A stretch of 63,994 nt of DNA, the filler included, from Octopus bimaculoides (lineage: Eukaryota), in NCBI RefSeq assembly GCF_001194135.2. It is 5 parts of 5 records of this genome, joined end to end, with 100 filler letters (N's around TTAATTAATTAA, not from the genome) between each part and the next. Parts side by side here need not be neighbours in the genome. Positions count along the whole stretch, not along the records: positions 28,818 to 44,006 come from NC_068983.1; positions 44,107 to 51,665 come from NC_068984.1; 3 more parts are not named here. One strand, written 5' to 3'. A program made the position numbers and the translations under genes. Below, piece by piece: positions 37,458 through 48,990 of this stretch. The first letter of the stretch is position 1, and each line of letters starts with the position of its first letter. The notes beneath the pieces were generated by a model that did not search any database, was not told the DNA's origin, and worked only from the letters and a program-made list of their open reading frames with translations.

Positions 37458-37994
37458 TGAGTGTATATAATACACGGGAGAACGTACAAGTAATTCTTAA
37501 TGGGGTATGCATTTAATGTGCACACAATTATACGTTCCTCGGTACCACATGTTCTGAAAGAATACTGAATCCCTTTGTAAAGTGTTGTATAGTTATCTAC
37601 TGTGAAACTGTGGCTGCGATATGTGATGATTTTCTGTGAACGGTATATTGTGAACTCAGGGCCGTTCTTGGTGCGAGCTCATAGTATTTTTAACCAGTTG
37701 AAATAGCCGAGATGTTCTGCGATACCCCGTAGAAACCCTATGTCGCAATAGTGGTGGGTACATAAATAGCTAGTTTGCCGTTTAAAGTATTGCTATTACC
37801 CCGGTGATCACGAACGGTAACACTGCAACTCTGCTGGTGCAGCTGCGACGAACAATTCTGCAATTTTGAGTTATCCCGACCCTTAACCACAATCTTGACG
37901 TTAAGCACAGGAAGTTATTGCATGGCTTCTTAGAGGAAAACGAGACAATTTTTTTTTGTAATACTGTTTATATTTGCATTGATCTCCTTGCTCT

Positions 37995-39075
37995 CTTTGT
38001 TGAGAAAATCTGAAGGGTACGCGATTTACTCACAAAAGACAGAGCTTCTTGATGATTAGCATGAAAATGTATGAACGATATGAAGGAAGTTGCTGAGCTC
38101 TACGGCAACAGAACATCAAGCGAAAAGCTATCCACGTATCAACGGAAAGCCATTGCGTAGCTTTATCCTCGGAATGCTCCAAAATAACATAGATAACCAG
38201 ATTTATCTATCTTAAACTGACAACAGTTATGTAAGCTCTGGATTTGAATCGTATGCTCTGACAGTCCAAGAACGGAAAATATCAAAATATCTGATACACA
38301 AAAGGGATAGGAATATAGGTAAAACAGCTGATGTGGCTCACAGCATAAACAACTGTCTGAAACTATCATCACAATGTTATTTACCTGAGACAGGATGTAA
38401 GGAACAAAACATTATTCAATGCAGTACATAGAAAAGATAATCCTGAGCTTTAAAATCTAAACAGTTAGAGAAATGTAGTGGACATATTTACCAATAATTT
38501 GAAAGAATAATGTTGGAACGTTTGTATCAAACAGCTGAAAAAATTTAACAACAAAATCTTAACTTAAACATCTAAGAACAGAGAATATAAAAGGTGGACA
38601 GTTGTAGAAACCAGCTGACTAGCAGACGTTAATGTAATATTGATTTCGAATTTTGGCACAAGGCCAGCAATTTTGGGGAAAGGGATAAGTCGATTACATT
38701 GATTCCAGTTTTCAACTGGTAATTATTTAATCGACTCCGAAAGGACGAAAAGCAAAGTCAGTAGAATTTGAACTTAGAACGTATAGAAAGACGAAATGCA
38801 GCTAAGCATTTTGTCCGGTGCGCTAACGATTCTGCCTGCGTGCTACCTTAGACATTAATGTAATATTAAAAGAAAAAAGAGCATTTCTGACGAAGTAATG
38901 AGAAATCTGCAGATACAACGCGCTTGGGATAGCATAGCACTTTGTTACATATCTGTCTTGACTTCTGTATTGAGAACCTGGGCTTCACAACACCAGAAAG
39001 AACAAGGTTACCTAGAATATTACATATACAAGCTGTTAATAGAATTATAAAAATCTGTAGTAGTGTGTACACTTA
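37995..39075 (+). mobile_element. R4/Dong-type non-LTR retrotransposon C-terminal remnant interrupted by a SINE
   Basis: FESYALTVQERKISKYLIHKRDR, ..SQCYLP, EYKRWTVVETS*LADVN, then after the SINE ENLGFTTPERTRLPRILHIQAVNRIIKIC. Confidence 0.7.
38642..38849 (-). mobile_element. tRNA-derived SINE (family C) with an 18-bp target-site duplication
   Basis: AGAC(G/A)TTAATGTAATATT at 38624-38641 and 38850-38867; B-box GTTCAAATTC on the minus strand. Confidence 0.8.
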
Positions 39076-39775
39076 AATATCAAAATTCTTATTTTGGTAT
39101 GTTTGTGTAGTCACCAATTTCTTGATGTTCAGTACAGAGTTGTTCCCCTTGATAGGATTAAAAAAAAAAAAGACTTGAATATCATGGGTGATCGGGAAAA
39201 TCGAAGGAGAAAATAAGTGTCCAAAGGATGATTGAAGATATCGAACGTATATTTTTTTTTGTGCTATGAACTCAGTAATAACCCACATAATTACAACAAA
39301 ATTGGTGCAAAAAACTGTCTCTCTGTTGACTACATGAAGAAAGAATTATACTGGAACGAAATTCACCTAAATTATTTCATAACAAACCTATGCGAGCAAG
39401 CGACATTTGTTCAATACAAAAGAAAGGAACTGGTTGTAAATTTATTCCCTAGAACATTACTCAAATAATAGTTAAACAAACATATTCCAATAAACATTAC
39501 ACGCATCCCTACCGGTGACTTCACATGTGACACTTTTCCTCGGGGTATGAAATCAGGTTGAAAATTCCCATTAAAGGGAAACAACTCTGTATAACGTGCG
39601 CCAAAATTTGTATTGGCCATTCGCGAGTTGCGAAAAAATATGTTTATTTCATGAACCTTTCCCACAAGTGTCAAAACAGTCCCTTATAAAAAGAAATTAT
39701 ATCGATAATTTTCATCTTAATTTCCTCTTTCAATACCGAAATCGGAATCTATGATACAGATTCCGTAAATAACGC

Positions 39776-39866
39776 ACGCTTTCCACCGTTTTCGAATTCA
39801 AAGATTTAATCTGGAGTTTTAAAAACTCCAGATCAAATTTTTAAATCTGAAAACGGCGGAAAGCGT
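39776..39866. repeat. 91-bp loop-less palindrome, preceded by a small hairpin at 39743-39765
   Basis: ACGCTTTCCACCGTTTTC...GAGTTTT|AAAAACTC...GAAAACGGCGGAAAGCGT, about 6 mismatches. Confidence 0.9.
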
Positions 39867-40645
39867 AATTTGTGGAATCCTTCCGAAAATTAAATCACAA
39901 AGAAAAATAATATGATCTCAGACTGTGCGTTAAAACTGAAGTAATTACATCATGGAAGAGTTATATAAGCCATTTAAAAGACATTAAGAACTGTTAAATT
40001 CATTTTCCATTTATTTTTTGTGTTGTCAAATTTTTCATTGCAACACTTCAGCCTGATCATTAACACAATACCCTTCAACTGTTTGAAGAGGCTATTAACT
40101 ATCGTTCGAGTAGTTACAGTGAAACAGTGTCAGTCATTAGGACGCAGTCGTGTGGCGAAAATTTGGACACTTCAGTAATTAAATAATAATTTAACAGTTT
40201 GAAATTATTTTTGAATGACTAAAACTGGCTTTATATATTCGATAGAAACACTCAGTTGGTTAAAGTTACAATGAATAATGTTTTTTTTCCCTACGTTCTG
40301 TCTCATACGTAACTCTTTCTCATGGCGATGTAAAGTCATTCTGGAATGGAAAAAAAAGTTTCACAAGATGCAGTGAAACCAGAAATCCGAAAGTATTGTT
40401 ATAGTACTATATCAAATACATACAATGGTGGTGTCCTTTAAAAAAATTCAGGATCTGAAAGCGACGAGAAAAGAATAAATAATCGAATACTGGTACAAAA
40501 AAAAAATTGACCTATTATCGACCCCTATAGAATAGCATACACTCCAAGTACTGTTTCTTCTTTGTTCTTTTTTCAGCGCATCACTCTCACTTCCTACTAC
40601 AACTCTCCTCTTATAGATGTAATAATCCATTCCTCTACTATTACC

Positions 40646-40694
40646 GTCTCCGATGAAGGGATACATTGGATTTTTCCTGAAACAGCTGTAAGAC
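40646..40694 (+). ncRNA. Minimal type-I hammerhead ribozyme fold
   Basis: GTCT-CCGATGA-AGGGA(12-nt loop)TTCCT-GAA-ACAG/CTGT-A-AGAC: stem I 4 bp, stem II 5 bp, palindromic stem III, GUA triplet. Confidence 0.72.
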
Positions 40695-41356
40695 TTTATC
40701 CATAAAATATATTTCTAACTTTGCCATCGTTCTCTTTATCCTTTTCTCTCTTTATACATACACACACTAATACACGACCTATGTTATAATCCCCACTCAT
40801 GTTTATACAACGAAAGGGGCAAACTAGCCGGTATTCAGCACTTACTCGGTANNNNNNNNNNNNNNNNNNNNNNNNNNNNNNNNNNNNNNNNNNNNNNNNN
40901 NNNNNNNNNNNNNNNNNNNNNNNNNNNNNNNNNNNNNNNNNNNNNNNNNNNNNNNNNNNNNNNNNNNNNNNNNNNNNNNNNNNNNNNNNNNNNNNNNNNN
41001 NNNNNNNNNNNNNNNNNNNNNNNNNNNNNNNNNNNNNNNNNNNNNNNNNNNNNNNNNNNNNNNNNNNNNNNNNNNNNNNNNNNNNNNNNNNNNNNNNNNN
41101 NNNNNNNNNNNNNNNNNNNNNNNNNNNNNNNNNNNNNNNNNNNNNNNNNNNNNNNNNNNNNNNNNNNNNNNNNNNNNNNNNNNNNNNNNNNNNNNNNNNN
41201 NNNNNNNNNNNNNNNNNNNNNNNNNNNNNNNNNNNNNNNNNNNNNNNNNNNNNNNNNNNNNNNNNNNNNNNNNNNNNNNNNNNNNNNNNNNNNNNNNNNN
41301 NNNNNNNNNNNNNNNNNNNNNNNNNNNNNNNNNNNNNNNNNNNNNNNNNNNNNNNN

Positions 41357-41697
41357 ATGGCTGACCATGGATGATGTCATCCGTCCGTTGAGTTGTCTAT
41401 TCAGTTTTTGGAACGCCTCCTGTGGCTGTAGAGACCGATGCGAGAGTGGCAGTCTCGTTAGCAGAGGTCACACCTACACGTTGAATCCAGTCTGTTGGCT
41501 GTCATTTATTTTCTGCGGGCTCGGTTTTCAGCTGCCGCCACCCTCAAATTCTCTTCGCCGGTCTGCAGTTGTTTGTGAATGGTGCCTCTCCAGCTGGTTC
41601 GGCTGCGAGATCCTCCCAGGAATTGGTGTTGATGCCAAGTGCCTTCATGTCCCTCCTACACACGTCCTTGTACCTTACATCCGTCCACACCATCCTA
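41357..41697 (-). mobile_element. RTE-type LINE 3-prime end
   Basis: [25 protein letters not shown]...; ends in CCATGGTCAGCCAT at the gap edge. Confidence 0.8.
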
Positions 41698-41948
41698 CAC
41701 ACACACACACACACATACACACACGTGAGTGTGTGTGTGTGTGTGTGTGTGTGTACGTGTATGCGTGCGTGCGTGCGTGTGTGCGTGCGTGTGTGTGTGT
41801 GTGTGTCTGTGTCTGTGTGTGTCTGTATCTGTGTGTGTAGTGGTATGGACGTTTGCCATGCGTGACGTATGTAACTTTACAGTAAAGTATAGATATATAT
41901 TTACTCTATAACAGCGTTGTAGTTCGCTTGGAGTATTGTAGTATCGAA

Positions 41949-42250
41949 GAAGGGCAAAATGGAAAATAGGAAGGCTTGTGACAATGCGGAAAGTGTCACA
42001 AAACCTTTATATTTCAGGCACAAAGGCCCACCCTCAGAAGTAAAACAGTCGAGGAAATGTCCAATTATACAAGTTCCGTTAACCTATTCAAATTCAAGCC
42101 AGGGAATTTGAATAGGTCAACAGAACCTGTATTATTGGACATTTCCTAAACTGTTTTACTTCTGAGGGTGGGCTTTTGTGCCTGAAATATAAAGGTTTTG
42201 TGACATTTTCTGCATTGTCAGAAGCCTTCCTATTTTTCCTTTTTCCCTTC
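41949..42250. repeat. 302-bp foldback palindrome (about 147-bp arms, 8-nt loop 42096-42103)
   Basis: Arms are reverse complements with scattered, mostly transition, mismatches. Confidence 0.95.
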
Positions 42251-43149
42251 GGTATGTTTATGTACACCCGTGCACATACATACATACATACATACATACA
42301 TACATACATAACCTGTTGTTGATGTTGAAATTTCAATAAAGGAACCTTGGATCTATGTTAGAAACCGGTTCTTTCTCTATTGGCAAGAAATCTTGAAATA
42401 AACTGAATAATGACATACATACATCATTTCATTTAATAAATGAGCTACCTTAAATTTCATGCTCTAACTGTACAAAAATTAATAGACGGATGTGCTTATA
42501 TAGCGTGCTGTGTAATCCTGCAAGCATTCAGGCTGAAAATAAAATATAGCTATTCCTTGAGAAAAATCAAGAAAGAACGAGAAGAAAGAACTAGGGTGGA
42601 AAGTAAATGAAAAAAGGGAAACGAAAAAGGTATGAAGGGAAATAAGAGTTGTGTTTCTTTGGTCTGTTTCAATGGGAATTGACAATAATTGATGCGATTA
42701 ATTAGAAAGGGAACAATTAAAGTTTGAGATTGTATGTCTAATGCGGCGAGGATAGTATTCTCTAGTTTGATAACAGAAACTTGTCTAGATGCTTGCATTT
42801 AGTGGAAAACTAAAATCTAGAATTCAGTAGGCTGCTTGTGTTCTCCTTGACACATTAACGTATGGCGTGGATCGCTCAAAGATGCTCCACTTGATGGTCC
42901 CAGATATGGTTAGCTAACTTAATGATTTTTTTTTATCTACGTGCAGGAAAGAAGACTGGTGGTTAGCATATTTTTTTTAAGTCACTTTCACAGAGACCAA
43001 TATATTTTTTCATGAGTTTCGGTATATTGTAGAACTGATTTGACCTCTGCTTCGTATACCACTGGGCTAACTATGCCTAACTAGTCGACTGGGCAAGTAT
43101 CCGTGTCTCTACAGAGACACTAATTAAGATTGATCTACATGATAAGTTG

Positions 43150-43740
43150 CTACATGATAGTATCTCCACTAAATATATAAAAGCGAACAGACAGATATAA
43201 CGACATTAATGATGAGGCTAAACTCCTTACTAAACGAAATAACATTGATGACAGGTTAGAAAGTTTAGCTAAAGGAGAAGCTTTCATAACTTTAAAAGAT
43301 CGCAAACCTAATTTTAGCAATAAGCCCACCTGTAGACTTTTAAACCCGACGAGAACTAAAATAGGTTTAGAAACCAAAAAGTACTAAGACATATTAACGA
43401 TAGAATTAGGAAAACTACTAAACTATAGCAATGGACAAAGAGCAGCACTGTCATAGAGTGATTCAGGAATGTAAAAGATAAACAGAGACATAGATATATA
43501 CAATTTGATATCGTAGATATTTATCCCTCGATATTGGACCCCTAAATGGATAAGGCAATTGGGTTCGCCGGAAAATTTGTCGATATTGACCATATACAAC
43601 TTGACTTTATCATGTATGTGCGAAAAACAAAAACTCCGGTTTAGTAAGAGTTCAGAGTGAATCAACAATACATACGAACAGATAAATTTTTTGATGTATT
43701 CATAGGATCATATAGTAAGCTTTACTATAAATCAAATAAA
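43150..43740 (+). mobile_element. Penelope-like reverse transcriptase fragment (decayed)
   Basis: IDDRLESLAKGEAFITLKDRKPNFSNKPTCRLLNPTRTKIG...; downstream remnants of QW..T..VIEWF and DI..FYPSI motifs; many stops and frameshifts. Confidence 0.8.
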
Positions 43741-44563
43741 TTGCTTTGCGATGTTACCGTTCATTCTCTGAGTCTTCAACTTCTGGTAAAATCGGATATT
43801 TCAGCTATGTGGCTATGAGGCAAGAAGTTTCCTTCCCAACCATATGGTTCTGGATTCAATCCCACCGATTAGCACCTTGGGCAAATGTTTTCTACTATGG
43901 CCTCGGGCCGGCCAAAGCCTTGTGAGTAGATTTGGTAGACGGAAACTGAAAGAAGCCCTTCGTGTGCGTACGTGCATGCTATATCTGCATTTGGCTGTGC
44001 GTGCGTNNNNNNNNNNNNNNNNNNNNNNNNNNNNNNNNNNNNNNNNNNNNTTAATTAATTAANNNNNNNNNNNNNNNNNNNNNNNNNNNNNNNNNNNNNN
44101 NNNNNNCAGTTCTCTCCTCCCAGTAGGGTCGATTTGCTCGACTAAAAGGCAGTGCTCCAGCATGGCCGCAGTCAAATGACTGAAACAAGTAAAAGTGTAA
44201 AAGAGTCCGTTCAATGAAGGTTGATTTGAAGTTAAATGATACTAACGACAGTAGAAAACGTGGATGATAAAGTTTATTCGGTAACCAATCGAAAGGTCAG
44301 GCGTTCGTATCATGCCCATTTGTATGACGTTGTGTCCATCCACCAGATACAGTTCTATAAACCAAACTTCAATTATGTTCAATAGGGTGATATACTAACA
44401 TAACTAGGAACCCCTGGTTTTATGTGACGTACTATTCTGTAGTTGTAGTAAAACAAACGATTAAGTCGTTTAATGAGCTTCTGGTTTTAAAGTTTGATAT
44501 GTAGAAGAGAACTCCTTCAATAGAAAACTATTTGGTTAGAGAGATAACAGCAAACTCTTTTAA

Positions 44564-45005
44564 CGCTTTAGCAGTCAGATTACTCTCAAATGTAAAGCTT
44601 ATTTATTCACATTGTTTTAAATTAATCATGCATTATGTCAAGGCTGTGAGATTTAGGCGATGTAACAGTTTATTTTTAGAATGACATTGTAGGGTTGATA
44701 TGAGAAGTTGGATCTGGATGATATGAATGTAAAACAGAATATTTGGTCAAGATAAGGCAATGAGCTGGCAAAATTGTTAGCATACCGGGCAAAATTGTTT
44801 GCATACTGGGCAAAATGCTAAGCGGCATTTCATCTGTCTTTATGTTCTGAGATCAAATTCCACTGAGGTCGCCTTTGCCCTTTCAATAAGTACCAGTTGA
44901 ATACTGGGGTCAAAGTAATTGACTCCTCCCCCGAAATTGCTGGTCTTGTGCCAAAATTAGGAACCAATGTTTGGGCCACATATGGTTGATTTAAATGCTA
45001 AAAGG
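44564..45005. mobile_element. piggyBac-like MITE (second family) with a nested SINE at about 44755-44970
   Basis: TTAA|CGCTTTAGCA ... TGCTAAAAGG|TTAA. Confidence 0.65.
44755..44970 (+). mobile_element. tRNA-derived SINE family C (Meta-domain-like core CCTTTC...AAGTACCAG)
   Basis: GAGCTGGCAGAAT.GTTAGC head, B box, CCCCCGAAATTGCTGG tail. Other copies at about 28500-28682(-), 45200-45360, 45770-45965, 46010-46110, 51780-51950, 6945-7055(-), 3350-3440(-). Confidence 0.7.
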
Positions 45006-45379
45006 TTAAAAAGTAGATACATATTTTGAGCATATTGCATGACAGTGCTGTGCAATTTAGGGAATTTGGTACTTAGGAATATTACAACCTCCCACACACA
45101 CGCACACATGTACTGGGGTCAATGCAATTGATTGGCCCTTCTCAGAATTATCGTCCTTGTGTCTAAATTTGAAAGTTTTTATTAGGGTGATGGATATGCA
45201 GAATCATTGCAGCATTGGGTAAATGCTTTGCAGTGTTTACTCTGATTTTGAGTTCTGAGTTCAATTCTGAGATCAACTTTTGCTTCCAAAATCAATAAAA
45301 TGAATACCAGTCTATTATCAGCTCCGACCAAACTTCTGGTCTTGTATTTGTATTAAAAATTATCTAAGCGAAAGCGAAA

Positions 45380-45745
45380 TTGTGATGGCACCTGTGCCCA
45401 GCGTCGCCTTTCTGGCACTTGTGCCCGCGGCATGTGTAAGGACTTTCGAGCGAGATCATTGCCAGTGCCCCTGGACTGGCTCTTGTGCAGGTGGCACATA
45501 AAATACACCATTTTGAGCGTGGCCGTTGCCAGTACCGCCTGACTGGCATTCGTGCGGGTGGCACGTAAAAGCAACTACTACACTCTCTGAGTGGTTGGAG
45601 TTAGGAAGGGCATCCAGCTGTAGAAACTCTGCCAAATCAGATTGGAGCCTGGTGTAGCCATCTGGTTTCACCAGTCCTCAGTCAAATCGTCCAACCCATG
45701 CTAGCATGGAAAGCGGACGTTAAACGACGATGTTGATGCTGATGA
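45380..45745 (+). mobile_element. Non-autonomous retroelement (family D) ending in (GAT)n, with internal sub-repeats
   Basis: CTCTGAGTGGTTGG.GTTAGGAAGGGCATCCAGCTGTAGAAA...AACCCATGC.AGCATGGAAAG.GGACGTTAAACGATGATG. Other copies at about 4460-4705, 6560-6710, 7843-8018, 11960-12145, 12530-12690, 13345-13545(-), 15585-15650(-), 18795-18900(-), 19078-19265, 22400-22490. Confidence 0.75.
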
Positions 45746-46492
45746 GTATTATTCAGGTCAAGGCCATGAGCTGCCAGACTCATTACAGAGTCATACAAAA
45801 TGCTTAGCAGCATTTTTTCTGGCCCTTTGCACTGAGTTCAAATTCTGCCTAAGTTGATTTTGTATTTCATCTATTTGGGATCAGTTGAACACTGAGGTCA
45901 ATGTAATCAAGTTTTCTCTCCCCTCAAAATTGCTAACCTTATGCCAGAATTAGAAAGAATTATTATAACTCATTAAAGCAAGGAGCTAGTAAAACTGCTA
46001 ATATGCCAAATAAAATGCTCAGCAGTATGTACCAGCTGAACACTGAGGTCCATGTAATTGACACTCCTCTTAAAATTGCTGGCCTTCTTCTAAAATTAGA
46101 AAGAATGATTATCCTTCAGGTTGCTATATTCATTACCAACAATTTAACTCCTCTCTCATGTTGGAGGAAATTCTCTGTGTTTTTAACATGAAGAGAAATT
46201 TGAATAAATATATAAATGAAACTGAACTGGATTGATGGCCCTATTTAAGTACCCATTACGCTTACATTATGTACTGAATAACCAGGATCAGGAATTTAAT
46301 TTTCAACTTTAATTTCGAAATTATTTTAAAACAAATATTATACCACAAAATGAAATGAGATATATTAAAAACTGAAAGTAAAAAAATTCTATAATAGAAG
46401 TTTTAATAAATCAGTTTTAATTATTAATATTTCTTTGAGTTTAACTGTCATAGAGAAAGAGGCAGCATTTTTATCTGGTTAATTCTACAGGA

Positions 46493-46876
46493 TGGAGGCA
46501 CAATGGCCCAGTGGTTAGGGCAGTGGACTCGTGGTCGTAGGATCGCGGTTTCGATTCCCAGACCGGGTGTTGTGAGTGTTTATTGAGCGAAAACACCTAA
46601 AGCCCCACGAGGCTCCGGTAGAGGATGGTGGTGAACCCTGCTGTACTCTTCCACTACAACTTTCTCTCACTCATTCTTCTTGTTTCTGTTGTGCCTGTAA
46701 TTCAAAGGGTCAACCTTGTCACACTGTGTCACGCTGAATATCCCCGAGAACTATGTTAAGGGTGTACGTGTCTGTGGAGTGCTCAGCCACTTGCACATTA
46801 ATTTCATGAGCAGGCTGTTCCGTTGATCGGATCAACTGGAACCCTTGATGTCGTAAGCAACGGAGTGCCAACAACA
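46493..46876 (+). mobile_element. Full-length family A SINE
   Basis: Same sequence as 37073-37457; 12-bp TSD AATTCTACAGGA at 46481 and 46877. Confidence 0.9.
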
Positions 46877-47849
46877 AATTCTACAGGACCTTTGTGTAAA
46901 ACGAATATATTTTCATAAAAATGTAATTTTCTTGTCTATTATGAATGCTCAATGTGGCTTTCATATCTTTTCAGTTAAATCCAGTGGTGACTATTAGTCA
47001 CAATGTTGCCCACTTTCTGTCGTCATCTTTAAGACTATTCACTCGTTCATCACTTCTACTTTTTACAAACCTCACACATAAACATTCACATCAGTTATCT
47101 TTATCTTTTACATGGTTCAGTCATTGGACTGTGGTCATGATGGGGCACTGCTTTGGAGGATTTAGTCAAACAAATCGACCCAAGTACTTTTTTTTTTTAA
47201 CACTAGGTACTTATTGTATTAATTCTTTTTGCCAAACTGTTAAGTCACTAGTTTATAAACAAATCAACACCAGCTGTCAAGTGGTGGGGAAGGACACACA
47301 CACATACACACGTACACACACACACACACACACACACACAAGCACAAACACACACACACACACAGACAGGCTTCTTTCAATTTCCATCTACCAAATCCAC
47401 AGATCTTCTCACAAGGCTATAATAGAAGTGGGACTGAACCTAGACCATGTGGTTGGGAAGCCAACTTTTTACCACACAGCCAGTTACTGAATTAATTTTT
47501 TGTTGTAGTTGTTGATTAATCAGAATTTGGAATAAATATGGGGATTTACAGTGTATTCCACACCCCTGGGTAGAAAAGAGAATGTATAGCACCATTGTTT
47601 GTTTGAAATAGTAAGGAAAAAAGAATAAAAACAAAATATAGTTTGTCTTTTTTTCTTCAAGGACAAAAACTACTTTTCTTTTAAGGACATATCAACTAGA
47701 GTCAGCAGAAATTTCAAAAAGATGCAAATAGTAACAACATTTTGTGAACTACAATGTTTTTACACTCATCCTGTTTAGTGGGGAATTATCCTGCAGTTCT
47801 CCATATTTACAAAAGTTTTGAATAAACACTTCAGCCTGTAACTTATTTT

Positions 47850-48990
47850 TTCTTTAAATATCTTTTTAGATTTCTGTATTAAACATCTAGGATACACATG
47901 CGTTATTTATGTTATTTCTGTGTTATTGCTATTCATGTTTGCATGGTTGTTACTTAATATGGGACTGCGTGATTGTATCAGATTATTGTTCAAGACAGGA
48001 AGCTTACTATAAAATTTTTTACGTTTATATATTCGTTTTGCAAGATTCTTGATGTGAAATCGTATGTTGAAACAGATATTGTTGTATTTAGAGATGGTCA
48101 TGTTGCCGGTTTAGCCAATAAAAACATACGTACTATATATTTGGTGTTAATTTGCTTCAGCTTTATTTTATTTTTTTGCATTAATTGTATTTCGGCCAGA
48201 GTTCTTTCGTCACACTTCTGTGACCTCATCAGTGGTCCTTTGCTTTCTTCTTTCTTATTTGTGTGTCTTTCCTTACTAACGATCAACCATTTTGTATTTT
48301 GTATTCCTATTGTATATGTCTTTATTTGCGCATGCCTATACCCCTATGTATGTCTATGTTTAGTAAGTGCATGTGTGTGTGGGGGGAATGCCTGTATTAC
48401 CTGTATCCCCTGTTTATAAACGTTCATTTAATTTGTTTTTATTTATTTTGTTCATGTGTTTATACTTATTATTTTTTCTATTCTTTTTTGTTTGTTTGTT
48501 TTTTGTATTTAATTTAATTTAATTTTGTCAACGTATATAGTTATTTAATTCCATTTGTTTATCTGTGTATTGTATTATATTTTGTTCATATTGTTATCAG
48601 TTTATGGGGATCTTATTCTGTCATATGTTGTGGTGTGTTGGAGGTGTATGCTAGTGTTCCATTCCAGTTTCCTATTCAGGCTAGGTTTATCTTCTGTTAT
48701 GTGTGTAGCTTCTGTAATTTGTCTAAGCACTGCGTCTGTTCTATATGTGGACAAGATTTTAACTTCCACGTTGTTGGGTGAGCCTATGTGTTCCTGCTCG
48801 GCATGCTGGTACAGAACCGAGGAGCTCTTCTTTTCCTTAAGTTCCCTCCAATGTTCATTTACCTGCTCTCCTATGCTCTGTGCCGTTTCCCCTACGTACG
48901 TCATTGTCTTGTTACTGCATCATCCCTCTGTACATCTTATACTATAGACTACATTTCTGGCTTTACAGTTTGTTTGTGGGCTAAATCTAC
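47850..48990 (-). mobile_element. Penelope-like element 3-prime remnant: GIY-YIG domain, 3-prime region with hammerhead, then a probable start of the next tandem ORF
   Basis: NCKARNVVYSIRC..*C...TYVGETAQSIGEQVNEH...SSVLYQHAEQEH...ILSTYRTDAVLRQITEATHI...PSLNRKLEW. Confidence 0.82.
48194..48238 (-). ncRNA. Minimal hammerhead ribozyme fold in a PLE pseudo-LTR
   Basis: GGACCA-CTGATGA-G-GTCAC(AGAAGT)GTGAC-GAA-AG(AA)CT-C-TGGCC; lies about 360 nt downstream of, and in the same orientation as, the GIY-YIG ORF 48602-48904. Confidence 0.65.

Noticed and set aside
38886-38915. CTGACGA...GAAA followed by palindrome ATCTGCAGAT
   Set aside because: No stem I or stem II pairing, and it lies inside a LINE coding remnant; chance match
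38866-39072. Minus ORF with a GPCR-TM1-like stretch (ICNILGNLVL)
   Set aside because: The plus strand is better explained as the R4-type LINE C-terminus; there is no splice or downstream TM support
48900-48935. In-frame TGA codons in the PLE endonuclease ORFs (also near 29694, 60612, 60666) as possible selenocysteine, which is known in some PLEs
   Set aside because: They fall at Arg, Gly or other non-Cys positions (for example KS*ISNH at the catalytic Arg, consistent with CGA to TGA decay); no SECIS was recognised
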